A stretch of 64,000 bases of DNA from a candidate division FCPU426 bacterium (lineage in GTDB: Bacteria > Oederibacteriota > Muellerivitia > Muellerivitales > Muellerivitaceae): the NCBI GenBank assembly GCA_963771075.1, contig CAVYSE010000003.1, positions 32,001-96,000 of the forward strand. Direction: 5' to 3'. Positions 63,932-64,000 of this stretch are shown here, in pieces; positions within the stretch are counted from its first letter, which is position 1; each line of letters starts with the position of its first letter. The notes below the pieces were generated by a model. That model was not told the origin of the DNA. It ran no database searches and saw nothing but the letters and a program-made list of their open reading frames with translations. The position numbers were made by a program, and so were the translations under genes.

Positions 63932-64000
63932 TCAAGCCCCGAAATCCAAAAGCGAGATGGCCAGGTTGGTCCTGCGCAAACGGGCCGAGAATTGCTGGAT
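63932..64000 (-). CDS. Possible 3' end of a gene entering from the window edge
   Basis: Open frame IQQFSARLRRTNLAISLLDFGA-stop, followed by a hairpin. Confidence 0.3.
   Translation of the reverse strand: MQQFSARLRRTNLAISLLDFGA

Overview
Chromosomal window (no rRNA, CRISPR array, transposase or prophage seen) from a diderm bacterium: GT9 heptosyltransferase-like gene, Phe-terminated beta-barrel-like proteins, lgt/lspA. Most genes are on the minus strand. Housekeeping blocks: serA plus class V aminotransferase, tRNA-Leu-tig-clpP-clpX, glpD, trxB, pabB, rnj, ileS-lspA-lspA-lgt-rluD, smc-GT9-ftsY. Two regions stand out. (1) 26.8-43.6 kb: two paralogous ~2000-aa secreted proteins (expansin-like head, beta-rich domains, ~750-aa Pro/Thr stalk, DUF11, FlgD-like and T9SS-CTD-like tail) with near-identical 3' ends, flanking an opposite-strand three-gene cassette that includes a GT-C-like membrane protein. 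(2) 49.7-56.0 kb: a glycogen cluster (glgE with unusual architecture, glgM-type synthase, glgA) ending in a GGEEF diguanylate cyclase fused to a glycogen-binding (CBM48/AMPK-beta-like) module, suggesting glycogen-coupled c-di-GMP signalling. Single-base frameshifts in clpP, clpX, smc and the second giant gene most likely reflect consensus errors. All family assignments come from motif recognition by eye; no database search was run.
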